Shown: positions 51,446-61,953 of the stretch, in pieces
How the letters are laid out: every line of letters begins with the position of its first letter
How positions within the stretch are numbered: position 1 is the stretch's first letter
NCBI GenBank assembly: GCA_963823665.1
Contig: CAWGMQ010000005.1
Location: 768,001 to 832,000, forward strand
Source: an uncultured Planctomycetota bacterium
GTDB taxonomy: Bacteria > Planctomycetota > Planctomycetia > Isosphaerales > Isosphaeraceae
DNA length: 64,000 nucleotides
Direction of reading: 5' to 3'
Position numbers and translations under genes: made by a program
The notes under the pieces: generated by a model
Databases searched by the model: none
The model's input: only the letters and a program-made list of their open reading frames with translations
What the model was told of the DNA's origin: nothing

Positions 51446-53044
51446 ATGTCCACCAAGCTCCATTTCCCCCGTCTGGCCAGATTCGTCTTGCTCGGCGCGG
51501 CGGGTCTTGCTTCGGCCAGTTTCTCATTGTGGACCCCTTCGCCTTGGGCCGCGCCGTGTGCGGCTTCGACGCAAGACCCCTATGGCGGCGGCGGGCAGGA
51601 CGAGGGCGCGGTCATCCAGGTGCCCGGTGAAGATGAAATGCCCCTCCCCGCCAACCGGCGGCGACTGAAATCCGTCCGCAAAAAAGGGAGCGCCGCTGAT
51701 AAGACGAAGAAGGCCGATCCTGCGGCGAAAGGCAAGACTGCGTCCAAGAAGGGCGGAGCAGACGCATCGGGAAAACTGAAGTTCTCGCTGGACATCGCCC
51801 CGATTCTGGTCGCGAACTGCACAGGTTGCCACAGCGGCGAAGGCAATGGCGTGAAGCGGGGCAAGCTCGATCTTTCGACGTTCGCGAAGCTGCAGACGGG
51901 AACTCCCGACCACAAAGTCATCGAGCCCGGAAAACCCGAGGAGAGCACGCTCATCGGGCGCATCAAGGGCGAGATCGAGCCGCGCATGCCTCAAGGCGGG
52001 AACAACAACAAGCTCTCCGCCGCCGCGATCGCCAAGATCGAGCGCTGGGTCAAGGAAGGCGCCACGATCGACTCCGGCAGCGACCCCAAGAAGCCGATGG
52101 CCTCATATGCAGCCAGTGCCGACCAGGTCCGCCGCGCCGAGCTCGCCAATCTGCCGGCCGGTGAGGTTGACAAGAAGACGGAAGAGGTCGGATTGAGCCG
52201 TTTCAAGCAAGCGAACGCGAGCCTCAAGCCGGAGATCGTACGGTCCGAGCATTTCATGATGTTCAGCGACATGCCCAAGGAACGGGCCACGAACACGCTT
52301 CGATCGCTCGAAACACAGTTCAACCACTTGAAAAGGATCCTCGGTAACGCGGTCGGAGATTCGCCCGAGAAAATCAGCATCTACTCGTTTTCGAGCCGCA
52401 AGGACTACGTCGAATTCGTCCGCACGGTCGAGGCCCGCCCCGACGTCGAGGCCGAAGAAGCAACCACTGCTCGACTTTCCGTTCCTCAACCGTATGTGGC
52501 GGCCGTCGATCCCCAAGGGGGTAGGAAGGATGAACAGGGCGCGGCTGCACCCAAACGGAAGGCACGCAGCCGCCGCGCTGAGGAAAAGGGATCGGAGGGC
52601 GCCGCCGAACGCAATCTGCTGGGGCGGCTCACCGAGGCGCTGGGCTCCTCGGTGGTGATCTCCGCGGGCAATCCGCCCAAATGGCTCGCCTACGGAATCG
52701 GCACCTATCTGGCCTCGCAAGTCGAGCCGAACAGCATTTACTATCGCCAGCTTCGGCAAACAACCCTCGCCAACTTCCAGCAAGGCTGGCCAACCAGGGC
52801 GAATGAAGCCCTGGGTGGTTCTGACCAGCTCACTCCCGACGGGCTTCACTCGATCGCCTTCGGCCTGGTTGAATACTTGATGACGCCGGACTTGAAGCAG
52901 GCATTCCCCTCGTTCGTCAAAGGGATGCTTGGCGGCACGGAAAAGCTGGATGACACGCTGCAAAGCGTCTATCGCGTCAGCCGCGAAGAGTTCATCAATT
53001 ACACCGGCGAGTGGGTCGGCCAGCGCTATGGGAACCTGCAATGA
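51446..53044 (+). CDS. Planctomycete-type cytochrome c domain protein
   Basis: IAPILVANCTGCH...LDLST...PG.PEES.L...RMP...IERWVKEGA. Confidence 0.8.
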   Translation: MSTKLHFPRLARFVLLGAAGLASASFSLWTPSPWAAPCAASTQDPYGGGGQDEGAVIQVPGEDEMPLPANRRRLKSVRKKGSAADKTKKADPAAKGKTASKKGGADASGKLKFSLDIAPILVANCTGCHSGEGNGVKRGKLDLSTFAKLQTGTPDHKVIEPGKPEESTLIGRIKGEIEPRMPQGGNNNKLSAAAIAKIERWVKEGATIDSGSDPKKPMASYAASADQVRRAELANLPAGEVDKKTEEVGLSRFKQANASLKPEIVRSEHFMMFSDMPKERATNTLRSLETQFNHLKRILGNAVGDSPEKISIYSFSSRKDYVEFVRTVEARPDVEAEEATTARLSVPQPYVAAVDPQGGRKDEQGAAAPKRKARSRRAEEKGSEGAAERNLLGRLTEALGSSVVISAGNPPKWLAYGIGTYLASQVEPNSIYYRQLRQTTLANFQQGWPTRANEALGGSDQLTPDGLHSIAFGLVEYLMTPDLKQAFPSFVKGMLGGTEKLDDTLQSVYRVSREEFINYTGEWVGQRYGNLQ

Positions 53045-53415
53045 CGGGCGATGGGCCGGCGTGTGAGAAGACTGGCCCTGGCGCCGGCGACTCCTACTTC
53101 CTGCCGGCGGGCTCCGGTTCGAAGCACGTGATCTTCCCGGGCGTCGAAATTCTGACGACCGCCGGCAAGAACATGATGCTCTCGGTCGTTCGCCTCGAGC
53201 CGAGATCGGTTGTGGAGGAACACTCGCATCCCCACGAGCAGATCGGCATCCTTCTCGAAGGCCGCCTCGAGTTCACGATCGGCGGAATCACCCGCCTGCT
53301 CGCCCCCGGCGACATCTGGCGCATCCCCGGCGGGGTGCTCCACAGCGTCCGCGCCCTGGACGCCCCCGCGCTCGCGCTCGACGTATTCCACCCGATCCGG
53401 GAAGATTACCTGTAG
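53041..53415 (+). CDS. Cupin domain protein
   Basis: HSHPHEQ, IPGGVLH and DVFHPIREDY motifs. Confidence 0.88.
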   Translation: MTGDGPACEKTGPGAGDSYFLPAGSGSKHVIFPGVEILTTAGKNMMLSVVRLEPRSVVEEHSHPHEQIGILLEGRLEFTIGGITRLLAPGDIWRIPGGVLHSVRALDAPALALDVFHPIREDYL

Positions 53416-54372
53416 ATGCCAAGAATCCTGGTCGTCGGCTCCAGCAACACCGACATGACCGTACATCTACCGCGGCTGCCCGCCCCAGGGCAAACGGTCC
53501 TCGGCGGCGGTTATGCAACCACCCCCGGTGGCAAGGGCGCAAATCAGGCCGTGGCCGCGGCACGCGCCGGCGGCGACGTCGTCTTCATCACGGCCGTCGG
53601 CGACGACGTCCTTGGCAAGAACGCCGTCGACACGCTTCGCCGGGAAGGCATCGACGTCAGCCACGTCCACGTTTGCGCCGGCGCTTCCTCGGGCGTGGCA
53701 CTCATCTTCGTCGGCGAAGACGGGGAGAACATGATCGGTGTCGCGTCCGGCGCCAATCACATGCTCAGCCCGAAAGAGATCGACCGCCTGCCCGATTCCC
53801 TTTTCCGCGAGGGCGACGTGCTGCTCACAGGCCTCGAAATCCCCTCCGAAACGGCGGCACGCGCCATCGGCCGTGCCTCGGGCGCGGGAATGCGCGTGAT
53901 CCTCAACCCGGCCCCGGCTCCAGCATCGCCAGATGCCATCGCACCGGGCCTCTTTGCACTCGTCGACGTCCTCACGCCCAACCGTCTCGAAGCACTTGCG
54001 CTCGCGCGCATGAGCCCGATTGCCGGAGTCGAACCGGACTGGAACGAGTGCGCCGACCGTCTGCTTCAAGCCGGCGTCAACGCCGTGGTGATCACGCTGG
54101 GAGCCTCCGGCTGCCTGGTCGCGACGACCGCAAGCAAGCTGCAAGTGCCCGCGCCCAAGGTCGACGCAATCGATACCGTCGGCGCCGGTGACGCATTCAA
54201 CGGCGCATTCGCCGTCGCGCTATCCGAGAACCGATCCATCGAGGACGCCGCCGCCTGGGCCACCGCCGCAGCCGCGCTGGCCGTAACCCACCCCGGCGCC
54301 CGGTCCGCCCTCCCCTTCCGCGCAGACATCGACACCCTGGCCGCCCAGACGCAAGAACGGACCCACCCATGA
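53416..54372 (+). CDS. rbsK: Ribokinase
   Basis: GSSNTD, GGKGANQAVAAAR, NPAP and DTVGAGDAF motifs. Confidence 0.9.
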   Translation: MPRILVVGSSNTDMTVHLPRLPAPGQTVLGGGYATTPGGKGANQAVAAARAGGDVVFITAVGDDVLGKNAVDTLRREGIDVSHVHVCAGASSGVALIFVGEDGENMIGVASGANHMLSPKEIDRLPDSLFREGDVLLTGLEIPSETAARAIGRASGAGMRVILNPAPAPASPDAIAPGLFALVDVLTPNRLEALALARMSPIAGVEPDWNECADRLLQAGVNAVVITLGASGCLVATTASKLQVPAPKVDAIDTVGAGDAFNGAFAVALSENRSIEDAAAWATAAAALAVTHPGARSALPFRADIDTLAAQTQERTHP

Positions 54373-56096
54373 ATCCCCGTTGCGAACTACTGCCGTGTCT
54401 ATTCACGATCTTCGCGGCATCTCTGGTGTACTGCGGCGTCATTGGCCAGAAATCCGCCTTCGCCCACGATCGCCCATCCGGCCCGATTCACAAGACGCGA
54501 TCGGCCGTGATCGCCCGCCATGGAATGGCCGCCACCAGCCAGCCGCTCGCGACGGCGACCGCGATCCGAATCTTGCAGCAGGGGGGCAACGCCGTCGACG
54601 CCGCCATCGCGGCCAATGCCGTGCTGGGCGTGGTCGAGCCCATGTCGTGCGGCCTGGGCGGCGATCTCTTCGCGATCGTGTGGGATGCGAAATCCAAAAA
54701 ACTTGTCGGCTTGAACGCCAGCGGCCGCTCGCCTGCATCCGCCACGATCGATCTCTTCAAGTCGAAGGGCCTCAGCGCGATCCCCACGTTCGGGCCGTTG
54801 AGCTGGTCCGTGCCCGGTTGCGTCGACGGCTGGGATCAGCTTCGCAAGCGGTTTGGCACCAGGCCTCTCGCCGAGCTGCTCGCACCGGCGATCGACTACG
54901 CCGAAAACGGCTTCCCGGTGAGCGAGATCATCGCCGGTGATTGGCACGAAGCCGAGGCGAGCCTCAAAGAGATACCCAGCTCGGCGAAGTGCTTCCTGCC
55001 GGATGGATCTGCTCCGGCCACGGGCTCGGTCTTTCGTAACCCCGACCTCGCTCGGTCGCTGCGAGCCATCGCGACCGGCGGTCGTGACGCGTTCTACCAG
55101 GGGCCGATCGCCGAGGCGATCGTCCGGTATTCACGCTCGGTGGGCGGGCTCTTTTTGCCCGCAGATTTCAGCCAGCACACGAGCGCGTTCGTCGATCCTG
55201 TTTCAACGAACTATCGGGGCTACGACGTCTGGGAGCTCCCTCCCAACGGTCAGGGCATCGCGGCCTTGCAAATGCTCAACCTGCTTGAGGCTTATGACCT
55301 CAAGGCGCTCGGTCCCCAATCGGCCGAGGCGCTCCACTTGATGATCGAGGCCAAGAAACTGGCGTATGAAGACCGCGCCAAATACTATGCCGATCCCGAC
55401 TTCGGCCCCCTGCCCGTCTCAACCCTGATCTCCAAGCCCTACGCAGCCCGGCGTCGCGGCGAGATCAATCCCGACCAGGCAAACCTGCATCCGAAGCCCG
55501 GCGACCCGGCCCAGGCCGCCACAATTTATTTGACTGTCGTCGACCGCGACTTCAACTGCGTCAGCTTGATCCAGAGCAATTTCCACGGTTTCGGGTCGCA
55601 CCACGTGCCGGCCGGCGTCGGTTTTGTTCTGCAAAATCGCGGCTGTCTCTTTGCCCTGGATAGTGCCCACCTCAACCGCCTCGAGCCAAGAAAGCGTCCG
55701 TTCCACACGATCATTCCCGGTTTCGTCACCAAGGACGGCAAGCCCTGGCTGAGCTTCGGCTTGATGGGCGGCGATATGCAGGCCCAGGGGCATGCGCAGG
55801 TCATCTGCAACATGATCGACTTCGGCATGGATGTACAGGAAGCCGGCGATGCGCCAAGGTTCCGCCACTTCGGGTCCTCGGAGCCCACCGGCCAGCCCGC
55901 CAAGGGCGGCGGCTCGGTCGCTCTCGAATCCGGCATTACCGAGGAAGTCAGGCGCAAGCTGGCAGCCAAAGGCCACCAGCTCGCAAAAGCCCCAGGCTCC
56001 TTCGGCGGCTATCAGGCGATTCGGATCGACCTCGAAAGAGGCGTTCTGATCGGCGGATCCGATCCGCGCAAGGATGGGTGTGCGATGGGTTACTGA
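54369..56096 (+). CDS. ggt: Gamma-glutamyltransferase
   Basis: GGNAVDAAIA, GLGGD, TIYLTVVD nucleophile, RPFHTIIP and DPRKDG motifs. Confidence 0.93.
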   Translation: MNPRCELLPCLFTIFAASLVYCGVIGQKSAFAHDRPSGPIHKTRSAVIARHGMAATSQPLATATAIRILQQGGNAVDAAIAANAVLGVVEPMSCGLGGDLFAIVWDAKSKKLVGLNASGRSPASATIDLFKSKGLSAIPTFGPLSWSVPGCVDGWDQLRKRFGTRPLAELLAPAIDYAENGFPVSEIIAGDWHEAEASLKEIPSSAKCFLPDGSAPATGSVFRNPDLARSLRAIATGGRDAFYQGPIAEAIVRYSRSVGGLFLPADFSQHTSAFVDPVSTNYRGYDVWELPPNGQGIAALQMLNLLEAYDLKALGPQSAEALHLMIEAKKLAYEDRAKYYADPDFGPLPVSTLISKPYAARRRGEINPDQANLHPKPGDPAQAATIYLTVVDRDFNCVSLIQSNFHGFGSHHVPAGVGFVLQNRGCLFALDSAHLNRLEPRKRPFHTIIPGFVTKDGKPWLSFGLMGGDMQAQGHAQVICNMIDFGMDVQEAGDAPRFRHFGSSEPTGQPAKGGGSVALESGITEEVRRKLAAKGHQLAKAPGSFGGYQAIRIDLERGVLIGGSDPRKDGCAMGY

Positions 56097-56281
56097 ATAT
56101 GCGGCCTGTATCGATCGTGCGCGACTCGGGATCTGTTTCGTATTAGCCCCATGTTTCGATCTGGTAGCTTTCGCAGCGCTCCGCAAGCTAGACTGGTAGG
56201 CTAACCGCTTCTCAAAACGGAACCCGCACGCGATCACCACCAGTCGACCGTCGCGGTTCTCTCCGCGATCATTGAGCCCCC

Positions 56282-58022
56282 ATGCGTTCTACACCGCGGA
56301 GATCATACCGGCGACGGCCGGGGCCGGAGTCGCTCGAGCCGCGCTGCGTGCTTTCCGGCAACGTGCCGCCCGGTATGGACCTGGCTCAGGCCAACTGGTT
56401 TTACCAGAACACGTTCGCCGCACCGGCCAGCGTCGCCCCCGAGTGGAATGGAAACGTCGCATCCGGCGACGCCGGTTCCTTGGGCGCCAATTACCTCGCC
56501 GCGATCATCGCCCGGGTGAACGACTATCGCTGGATGGCCGGCCTCCCCGGCGGCGTCACGCTCGACCCGACCGAGAACGCCGCGGACCAGCAGGCCGCCC
56601 TGATGGTCGCCGCCAATGACGAGCTCAGCCATTCGCCGCCACCAACCTGGCTCGACTACTCTGCCGCCGGTGCCGATGCCGCGGCGCATTCCGACCTGAC
56701 ACTCGGGGCTTCCGGCGTCACCGCGATCGATCTCTATATGACCGACCCCGGAGCCAGCAACACATTCGTCGGCCACCGGCGCTGGATCCTCGACCCAACC
56801 ACCCGCACGATGGGCGTCGGTGACATCCCCGCCGATTCAAACGCACTCTACGTCGTCCAACCTCAGGTGCCGCCCGCGCCCGACGTCACCGCCGTCGCCT
56901 GGCCGCCCGCCGGCTTCGTGCCGGCTCCGCTCATGCCCGAGCGATGGTCGCTCCAATATGACGTCGAGTGCAGATTTCTCACAGGCGACGGTGGCCATCA
57001 CCGAAAACGGCACGCCTCAAACTGTTCAGATCCTCAGCAACGACGACAACGGATATGGCGGCAATGCCATCGTGTGGGACATGCCTTTCGCCCCGTCGCC
57101 CGAGCCTGGACAGCAAACGGTTTACACCGTCAACGTCGCCAACGTGATGATCAATGGCACGCCGCAGTCATTCTCCTACACCACGACGTCGTTCGACCCG
57201 AGCACAACAACCGCGCTGTCAACCGGTGCCCGCCTCGGTCGAGTTCCTTCAGCCGGCTGTACAAGTCTCTGCGAATGCCGGCTCGATCGTGATCGAAGTC
57301 GCTCGCAGCATGAACGCGGACCAGCCAGTAACAGTCGAGTATTTCACCTCGAACGGCAGTGCGATCTCGGGTACGAATTATCTTGCGACGAGCGGAACGC
57401 TCACGTTCGCCCCCGGGCAATTCTACAGTCAGATCGTCGTGCCGATCCTCGCGGGCAACTCCGTGAATGCCGGCACGACGTTTTCGATCGTGCTCGACTC
57501 GCTTGGGCAAGCCAGCATCGGGCCCGTCAGTTCGACGCTGGTCACGATCACCGGTGCCTCTGGCAACAGCACTGCGCCATCGGGTGGGGGAGGAAGTCCG
57601 GTCATTGAGCCAATCGTCCCGAATCCGCCGGTTGTCCTGGGCGTGCTGGATCTATTTCAGCCGACCGTCGCGGGCCACTCCCGTCAGAGTCGCCGTGACG
57701 AGACCCGGCTCGTGGGCTTCCAGTTGATCTTCAATGAGCAGGTCGATCCTGCATCCGCCACGGCGATTGGCAATTACTCGCTCATTCAATACCAGCCTCA
57801 CGACCGCAGCCTGGTCGCCCAATCGGTGCGGTTTCATGTCAGCTATGACCCGGCCGCGGATATGGTCAGCCTGGAGCTGATTGGCAAGCATCCGTTCCCG
57901 CGGGGCGGCCGATTGACCCTCGCGCATCGGGCACGAACGGAATCAGCAATGCGTCCGGCGCGCTCCTCGCCGGCAACTCCAGCTTCGCCATCTCGCCCGG
58001 GGCGAAGAGCATCGTGCCCTGA
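56282..58022 (+). CDS. Secreted CAP-domain plus Calx-beta protein with planctomycete leader (several frameshifts)
   Basis: LEPRCVLS leader; VNDYRWMAG, LSH.PP and GHRRWIL (CAP); GTLTFAPGQ (Calx-beta). Confidence 0.75.
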
Positions 58023-58029
58023 ACTCGCT

Positions 58030-58913
58030 TCATTTCAGCAGCGGCCGGATCTCGATCTTGCGAAAGAGAATCTCGGCACCCTCCGACTGAATAATGATCT
58101 TTCCCTTCGTCAGGCTGGACCTGGTCGCTGCGTTCACCAGATAGCCGTTCACGATGTTCGTGATCGAGTCGCCATCGCAGATCACGTGCATGCGGTTCCA
58201 TTCGCCGGTGGGCTTCTCAACGTCGCGAGCGCCCGGAAACCCAGAACGTCTTTCCAGGCCGGGTCGCGGCCCCACCAGTTGAAGCGACCCGAGTCGCGGG
58301 TTTCGGATTTTCCACCTTTTTCGAAATACAACTGTCCGTCGGGTCCGCGCCGTGTTTCACACGTCAGGCTCGATTTGTTTCCGTTGGCGCCCACCATGAT
58401 GAAATCGCCGCAGCCCCCTTCGATGATCTGGCATTCCTGCGACTCCATCCAGTTGCCGCCGGCCGCACCGTCGGGCCCAACACAATGGAGCAAGAGCCCC
58501 GAGTCGCGAGCGCTCCGCTTTCGCGACCCGAACGTGCGCTCCCCCCACTTCCACTCGACGTAGAGCACATAGTCGCGAAACTCCTCGCGGGTCGTCAGAC
58601 CGCCGAACTCCTCGCCCGAAATATCGAGCACCCCGTCCCTGACCGTGAAAACTTTCTTGGGATCGTCGTACTTGCTGTGGTGCAAATAGGAGTAAAAGCC
58701 CGTCAGATCCTTGCCATTGAACTGGAGAACCGGCTCTCCCGTGCGCGCGCTGGGCGGCACCTCGCGTGCGTAGGACGGCACGTCCTGGGCGAGTGCGGCG
58801 AGCTCTCGCCCTGGCGCGACCCACGCGCACCCGAGAGCGAGCCACAGCGCGACCACACGAGCGGCGCGGTGGGAGCGATTGTTCCGGAATGTCGGCGCTC
58901 GGCGACAGCTCAT
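58030..58913 (-). CDS. DUF1080 (3-keto-disaccharide hydrolase) family (frameshift near 58230)
   Basis: FNGKDLTG, DSG, ECQI, GEWN and IQSEGAEI.FR motifs. Confidence 0.88.
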
Positions 58914-58949
58914 GGCAACAATCCTGGCACGAGATACGGCAACAGGCCC

Positions 58950-59354
58950 TCAGGCACGCTGCCGGTGAATTCGGCCCCCTTGCCCCCGGCAGATCGCCTC
59001 GACCTTCTTGATCATCGATTGGTCGGGGCACGCGATCGAGAGAAGCATCCCCTGCCCTCCCTCGATCTGTTCCGGCGGAGTGACACCCATCCGGTCGTTG
59101 GGAATGCCGATTTGTGTCACTAGCTGAATCACCAGGTTTCCCAGCGCCGAATTCGGAAAGAACACCACGACGCGAGGCATACCCTCGGCTGTTGACACCA
59201 ACCCGGGCCGAATTTGCGGCGTTTGCATGAAGAATCCAATCTCTACTTCTGTCCCCAAGACGAACGGGGACGGGAGGGAGGTCGCATTTCCGCAGTCAAG
59301 AGCACAAGTTTGACGCAACACCTCGGCGATCGCAAGCCGCTTCTGTCTCGCCAC
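58950..59354 (-). CDS. Small hypothetical protein (start uncertain)
   Basis: ORF sits directly upstream of the DUF1080 gene on the same strand; its C-terminal ~75 aa look globular. Confidence 0.45.
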   Translation of the reverse strand: MARQKRLAIAEVLRQTCALDCGNATSLPSPFVLGTEVEIGFFMQTPQIRPGLVSTAEGMPRVVVFFPNSALGNLVIQLVTQIGIPNDRMGVTPPEQIEGGQGMLLSIACPDQSMIKKVEAICRGQGGRIHRQRA

Positions 59355-59444
59355 GTCCGCGGGGCGGCCTCAATCGAGCGATTCCTTCATTTGTTATGAT
59401 GGCCGCCGGCATTTCGCCATGGTAACCCAGGAATCACGCCATCC

Positions 59445-60284
59445 ATGCGCCAGCTCCTTCTCCTTATCCTGCTCTCGGCTGCCGCGGCGGATGATCCATC
59501 CCCGCTCGAGCCGCTCGGCCGGCTCGACGTCAAGCTCATTCCGGAAGCCTCGGGAATCGTCAAGAGTCGCCGTCATCCTGGCGTCTTCTGGGTACACAAC
59601 GACTCCGGCAATCCTCCGTCGATCTTCGCGATCCGTGCCGACGGCCGCATCATCCGCGAGTTTCGCCTCGAGATCCCCAACATCGACTGGGAAGACATCG
59701 CAATCGACGACCAGGGGCATCTCTATATCGGCGACATCGGCAACAACCTGGGTGCCCTTCCGGCCCGCGCAATCTATCGCATCGACGAGCCAGACCCGGT
59801 CCATCCCGCGGCTCAGCCGATCAAGGCCATCGCAGTCTCGCGTTACGCCTTGCCACGCGGTAACCGCTTCGACGCAGAAAGCCTCGACTACGATCACGGC
59901 ACTGCGATCGTGATCGCAAAATACCGTGACGGCCGCGAAGCCGAGGTCTTTGCCGTCGGGTTCGACACACCCACCCCCGTACTCACGCGCGTCGAGCCGC
60001 GACCGCTCGGCCATCTGGCCGGCTTCACTGAGCCCGCGACAGGCTCAGACCTCGACTCCGATCGCACGCACCTGGCGGTGTGCTCCTCGAACGTCACCAG
60101 GATCTATCGTCGCGGGGATGTGAAAAAGCACGACTGGAAGCTAGAACGCGAAGTACGCTATCCCGCAGCGCAGCTTGAAGGGATCTGCTGGGACGGACGT
60201 GACCTCATCCTCGTCGCTGAAGGAGGCGGAATCTTCCGGATCAAGGAGAAAACCTGGCGAGCCTCACCGCCGAGACATTCGTGA
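59445..60284 (+). CDS. Secreted beta-propeller-like hypothetical protein
   Basis: Signal peptide; EASG, HNDSG, DWEDI, IGDIGNN and DAES motifs. Confidence 0.75.
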   Translation: MRQLLLLILLSAAAADDPSPLEPLGRLDVKLIPEASGIVKSRRHPGVFWVHNDSGNPPSIFAIRADGRIIREFRLEIPNIDWEDIAIDDQGHLYIGDIGNNLGALPARAIYRIDEPDPVHPAAQPIKAIAVSRYALPRGNRFDAESLDYDHGTAIVIAKYRDGREAEVFAVGFDTPTPVLTRVEPRPLGHLAGFTEPATGSDLDSDRTHLAVCSSNVTRIYRRGDVKKHDWKLEREVRYPAAQLEGICWDGRDLILVAEGGGIFRIKEKTWRASPPRHS

Positions 60285-60325
60285 CGGCTGCACCCGCCGG
60301 CCAGATCGACCTCAACCCAGCCTCA

Positions 60326-61006
60326 TTACTCGGCCGGGCGCTGGCTGGTCGTAGCGACGAGCACCTTACCGGCCGCGGCCACGCCGAGGGCAACGTTGCG
60401 GCGACCGATCCGGCACACGATCGCGCCGGCCTCGGGCCGGTTCTCGAGAATCTCGCCCATCGCGTTCAATTCGAGGCCGCTTTCGCTCAGGTAGCGCAGA
60501 AACGCCGGATCCTGGTCCATGACGCGGACCACCCGAAAATGCTGGCCTGGCCCGCAGCGAGCCAGCGCGATTCCCGCGATCTCCTCGAATGAGCCATCCG
60601 CGCGGGGGATCGGGTCGCCGTGAGGGTCGACCGCGGGGTAGCCGAGGTAGGCGTCGATCCGGTCGATCAGCCGCTCGGAGGCGGCGTGCTCCATGTGCTC
60701 GGCCTCCTCGTGCACCTCATCCCAGGTCATGGTTAGCGTTTCGGCGAGGAACCGTTCGAGCAGGCGATGGCGGCGAATCACTTTCATCGCCAGCCGCTGC
60801 CCCGAGTCGGTGAGCCGTGCGCCCTCGTACGGAGTGTAGGTGGCGAGGTTTGCTTCAGACAGCGTCTTGAGCATGCCCGTGACGGTGCCGGGCGAGACGT
60901 TCAGCGCCTGCGCCAGTTCACCGGTCGCAACAGCATTGCCGGAAGGATCGCGGGCGGCAATGAGCGCGATCGTTTTGACGTAGTTTTCGACGGTCAGGCT
61001 GGGCAC
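60326..61006 (-). CDS. mntR: DtxR/MntR family metal-dependent repressor with FeoA-like domain
   Basis: ENYVK, RRHRLLE, HEEAEHMEH and DPHGDPIP motifs. Confidence 0.9.
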   Translation of the reverse strand: MPSLTVENYVKTIALIAARDPSGNAVATGELAQALNVSPGTVTGMLKTLSEANLATYTPYEGARLTDSGQRLAMKVIRRHRLLERFLAETLTMTWDEVHEEAEHMEHAASERLIDRIDAYLGYPAVDPHGDPIPRADGSFEEIAGIALARCGPGQHFRVVRVMDQDPAFLRYLSESGLELNAMGEILENRPEAGAIVCRIGRRNVALGVAAAGKVLVATTSQRPAE

Positions 61007-61163
61007 GACGCGTTTCGGGCTCCCCTGCGCGGCACGACTCGACGGCGGAGACGCCGTGTATCATAACGTAATAGCCGCGATCGAAGGAAGGAGCCGGCCT
61101 CGGCGTGGTCAACTGCCGGCTGCGCGCACTCGATCGATTGGCACATCCGGGGATCGCCGAAAA

Positions 61164-61234
61164 AGACGCCGGTGGGAGTCGAACCCACTTGAACCGGGTT
61201 GCAGCCGGTCGCCTGGCCGTCTGGCTCCAGCGTC
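61164..61234 (-). tRNA. tRNA-Cys(GCA), non-canonical core
   Basis: GACGCTG-GA-GCCAGACGGCCAGGC-G-ACCGG-CTGCAAC-CCGGT-TCAA-GTGGG-TTCGACT-CCCAC-CGGCGTC-T. Confidence 0.85.
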
Positions 61235-61254
61235 AAGCGAGCGATCAATCATGA

Positions 61255-61327
61255 TGTCCCCGCCAGGAATCGAACCTGGTCCTCGACCTTCGCAAAGTCG
61301 TGTGCTGGTCCGGCACACCCCGAGGAC
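61255..61327 (-). tRNA. tRNA-Arg(GCG), non-canonical core
   Basis: GTCCTCG-GG-GTGT-GCCGGACCA-GCAC-A-CGACT-TTGCGAA-GGTCG-AGGA-CCAGG-TTCGATT-CCTGG-CGGGGAC-A. Confidence 0.82.
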
Positions 61328-61340
61328 GATTGTTTCCGTA

Positions 61341-61411
61341 TCCCCCGCCCGGGAATCGAACCCGGCCCTGCGGCTTCGAAGACCGCCGTGCGCCCGACAC
61401 ACTCGCGAGAA
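61341..61411 (-). tRNA. tRNA-Arg(TCG), non-canonical core, weak acceptor stem
   Basis: TTCTCGC-GA-GTGT-GTCGGGC-GCAC-G-GCGGT-CTTCGAA-GCCGC-AGGG-CCGGG-TTCGATT-CCCGG-GCGGGGG-A. Confidence 0.72.
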
Positions 61412-61428
61412 TCGATCCTCCCTCCACA

Positions 61429-61501
61429 TGCCCTCGCCAGGAATCGAACCTGGTCTTCAACCTTCGGAAAGTTGCGTGCTCATCCGGCACACCCCAAGGG
61501 C
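61429..61501 (-). tRNA. tRNA-Arg(CCG), non-canonical core
   Basis: GCCCTTG-GG-GTGT-GCCGGATGA-GCAC-G-CAACT-TTCCGAA-GGTTG-AAGA-CCAGG-TTCGATT-CCTGG-CGAGGGC-A. Confidence 0.82.
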
Positions 61502-61953
61502 TTTCCAAGCAGTGCACCCAGAGCGCGCTGAGTTTGAACTGCGAAGATCAGACGCTCGTCGGGTCCAGAATGTTCGCGCGAATCGCGCACGAACCTCCGG
61601 CCGGCGATCATCCTGCCACCAGGCCGAAGCTTGGCTGGCTCAGTTGATGGCCTCCGAGCGCCCGACGCACCCGCAAGGACCACAATGAGATGGCCCGGCG
61701 GCACCCACGCGTCATTTAATCATCTTTTTTCTGGAGAGCTGCCAAAAGATCGTACATAATCGAGGGTCGAGTATCTGTCGGGCTATGTGGCTGTCAGAGG
61801 GGCGGCTCGGACTGGGAAACGCTCGAGCTTCGCGAGCTTTGGCACGCTGCGCCGGGAATCCTGGCGAAGCTGTGCGGCGAAAGCGGGGGCTCCATCCTCT
61901 CCGGCCGGCGAAGCGGATAGACACGACGCGAAAGCACGCGGGGCCTGCGCACC

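Noticed and set aside
24325..56096. Functional linkage of pxpBAC and ggt
   Set aside because: They are about 28 kb apart and both are common genes.
61164..61501. Repeated GGAATCGAACC units as a CRISPR array
   Set aside because: They are tRNA T-arms and each unit folds as a cloverleaf. No CRISPR array or cas gene was seen in the window.
61511..61540. Possible fifth tRNA 3' relic (reverse complement has GTTCAAA...CTCTGGGTGCAC)
   Set aside because: No pairing T-stem, anticodon arm or 5' acceptor strand could be found.
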